From an uncultured archaeon (GTDB lineage: Bacteria; Armatimonadota; Fimbriimonadia; Fimbriimonadales; Fimbriimonadaceae), in NCBI GenBank assembly GCA_963829965.1, contig CAWHLK010000035.1, positions 54,887 through 118,886 of the forward strand: a DNA stretch of 64,000 bases. Reading direction: 5' to 3'. This document shows positions 62,002 through 64,000 of the stretch, piece by piece. A program made the translations under genes and the position numbers. Within the stretch, counting starts at the first letter, position 1. The number at the start of each line of letters is the position of its first letter. The notes under the pieces were generated by a model, which saw only the letters and a list, made by a program, of their open reading frames with translations, was not told where the DNA came from and searched no databases.

Positions 62002-63558
62002 GCTAAGGCGAAATCATCCTGACGTCGCGAGCTCCCTCGGCCGCGACATCTGAATCGAACAGCGGCGCTTGCGTCTCATTCAGGCTGCGGGCAGAACGAC
62101 GGTCGTCGTGCCGTCGTCGTTGATGTAGAGCTGGCAACCAAGAGCTCGTAGTTCGGAGAGCTTGCGTCGGGCGCGGCCGCTGGAGCGTTGCGTCGGTCGA
62201 ACCAGTCGGGACCGAGGTCCAAGTAGGTGGCGTCGTCGCTCGCGAGAACGTGCCAGCAGGCGACGAGGATCGAATGACCGACGGCCTTTCGAGCTCGTTG
62301 CTTGCCACGCCGGGGGCTGAGACGACGATATTCGTACGCGCAGATAGGTGTCTTTTGAACAGACTGCGGCCATCGCCGCGACAGCGAGGTGGCGCTGGAG
62401 CCAGCTGTCCCCCGTGTCGAGCGGTCCCACGCTTCTGCTTGCCCGCCGACTCGTGCTGGCCCGGGCACATCCCTGCCCAGCTGGCAAGGTGCGCCGCGGT
62501 CGGGAAGCGGCCCATGTCGACCCCGATCTCGCCGATGACCGCTTCGGCAATGCGACGATCGATGCCAGGAATCGAACAGAGACGGTCCCGGGCCTCAGCA
62601 AAAGGGGCGATCGCCTCCTCGATGGCGGAGGTCATCCGTCCGATCGCCTCGTCGAGGTCGTCAAGATGGGAGAGGATCTCTGAGACCAAGACTGCGTGGC
62701 GGGGCCCGAAGCGCCCTTCGAGGGCGGTGCGCAGAGCCGGCAACTTCGAGCGCAACTTGCCCCTCGCGAGATCGGCGAGCGCCGCGGGGTCCGTGTCCCC
62801 TCCACGAGAGCGGCGAGCATTGCCCGGGAGGAGGCACCGAGGACGTCAGAGGCCACCGAGGAGAGCTTCACCCCGGCGTCTTGGAGGACCTTGTCGAGAC
62901 GCTGGGCCTCACGGGTGCGTTCCTCGGCGAGCGTGCGCCGGTAGCGGGTGAACTGGCGCGATCGCGGGATCTCTTTCGGCGCGACGAAGCTCGGCCGGAC
63001 GAGCCCGTGCTCGGTGAGCTGGCAGATCCACTCGGCGTCGGCGATGTCGGTCTTCCTGCCTGGGACGTTGCGCATGTGACGGGCATTCAACAGCCAGCAC
63101 TCCATGGCGTCCTCGAGAACGTAGAAGATCGGTTTCCAATAAACGCCGGTCGCCTCCATCGCGACACGGGTCACGTTGTAGGAGCAGAGCCAGTCCCGAA
63201 GGGCGAGCAGATCAGCCGTGAACGCCGAAAAGCTCGCGATCTCGGTCTTGCGCACGCCATCGGGCCCGGGATAGCAGACACACGCGACGACGAGGTCCTT
63301 GTGCACATCGAGCCCGGCACAGCGTTCGACGACAAGTTCCATGGGACAACCTCCTTAGTGGTCATGGGATGCCCACGCCAGGAGGCCGAGAATCTGAAAT
63401 CTAAGGCACACGCTCAAAGCGGCAGTCATCGGTGCTCGGGCCTCCACGTCACGCTAAGCCACGGGCGCAAGGCACCAAGAACGCCCGACGTCGATGGCGT
63501 GCTGCCCTACAAGATTTCCCTACCTATCAGGTGGGCCGCCAGGCGCCCGGGCGCTAAG
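62002..63558 (-). mobile_element. IS110-family insertion sequence, copy 2 in direct tandem with copy 1 (transposase split into 62632..63342 and 62003..62755)
   Basis: 1552-bp unit repeated head-to-tail, junction ...GCGCCCGGGCG|CTAAGGCGAAATC; CTAAG present at both outer edges and the junction. Confidence 0.8.
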
Positions 63559-64000
63559 CTAAGACGGTTCCGCAGACGTCGGTACCACGATTGTCACTGA
63601 CAACTTCTCAGAGAACCGGTCGGACGGTGATGGCAGCCCCGCCTTCGTCGAGGGCGCCGGCGCCCGACGCGCGGTCGTTCGCGACGGCACGGGCTTCTTG
63701 GCTCGCTGCACGCAACGGCGACGTCTCCGCCTTCGGCAACGCCCCCTGCGGTGGCTACCGGCTCGCCAAGGCCGCCTGGACGTCCTCGCCGTTGCGAATT
63801 CGGTGCGGAGTCGCAGGCGCAGGTTGCTACCCGCGCGGAGCGGAGACGGAACCGGAACGGGTGAGTTCGGGGACCCCGGCGACGATCTGGTTGGACCCAA
63901 GTGACCTGATTGGCGGGCGCGCAGCACTCACCGAGCCAAAGGTGCGGGGTAGACGCGCATGCGTTTCACGAGCGCTACTGCAGGCGCAAGTGCATGCGGT

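Noticed and set aside
63559-63927. 122-aa minus-strand ORF after the IS110 dimer
   Set aside because: Arg-rich, no motifs, at window edge.

Overview
The window appears to be a composite of three parts.

(1) About 1-50 kb is a moderately GC-rich bacterial chromosome segment dense in secreted, glycan-active, regulatory and housekeeping genes. The housekeeping set includes hutI, dps, a cystathionine beta-synthase plus gamma-synthase/lyase operon, argD, surE, hrcA and a PepF-type M3 peptidase. It also carries a crotonase plus biotin carboxylase pair, a GH29 fucosidase and a BlaI/BlaR1 pair. Several architectures are unusual: two near-identical tandem ~480-aa paralogs with one hypervariable cassette, a protein with an HDOD domain N-terminal to a receiver domain, a Ser/Thr kinase fused to an array of zinc ribbons, a PQQ-type beta-propeller with Ig-like repeats, and two secreted CBM5/12-like plus beta-helix paralogs.

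(2) Inside this segment, about 5.0-11.0 kb is a lower-GC accessory island. It holds small membrane-protein genes and an orphan, frameshifted RHS/YD-repeat C-terminal fragment with a short toxin tip. It ends in a diverged tandem A-B-A-B module that duplicates the 3' end of the adjacent gamma-synthase/lyase gene.

(3) From about 50.0-50.4 kb onward, codon usage changes abruptly to a very high GC3, Actinobacteria-like pattern. This part contains an SPFH protein, an RHH protein, and MFS, AONS-family and TM-PAS-GGDEF-EAL genes that are all fragmented by frameshifts. It ends in a head-to-tail dimer of an IS110-family element.

Two other features stand out. Many genes across the window are split by apparent single-base indels, which may be indel-prone assembly or pseudogenisation. 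There are also unusual non-coding repeats: a 42-bp tandem array upstream of hrcA, GTTTACC/GGGTAAA heptamer arrays flanking a GH99-like pseudogene, and a telomere-like G/T-rich versus C/A-rich inverted repeat next to a terminator.
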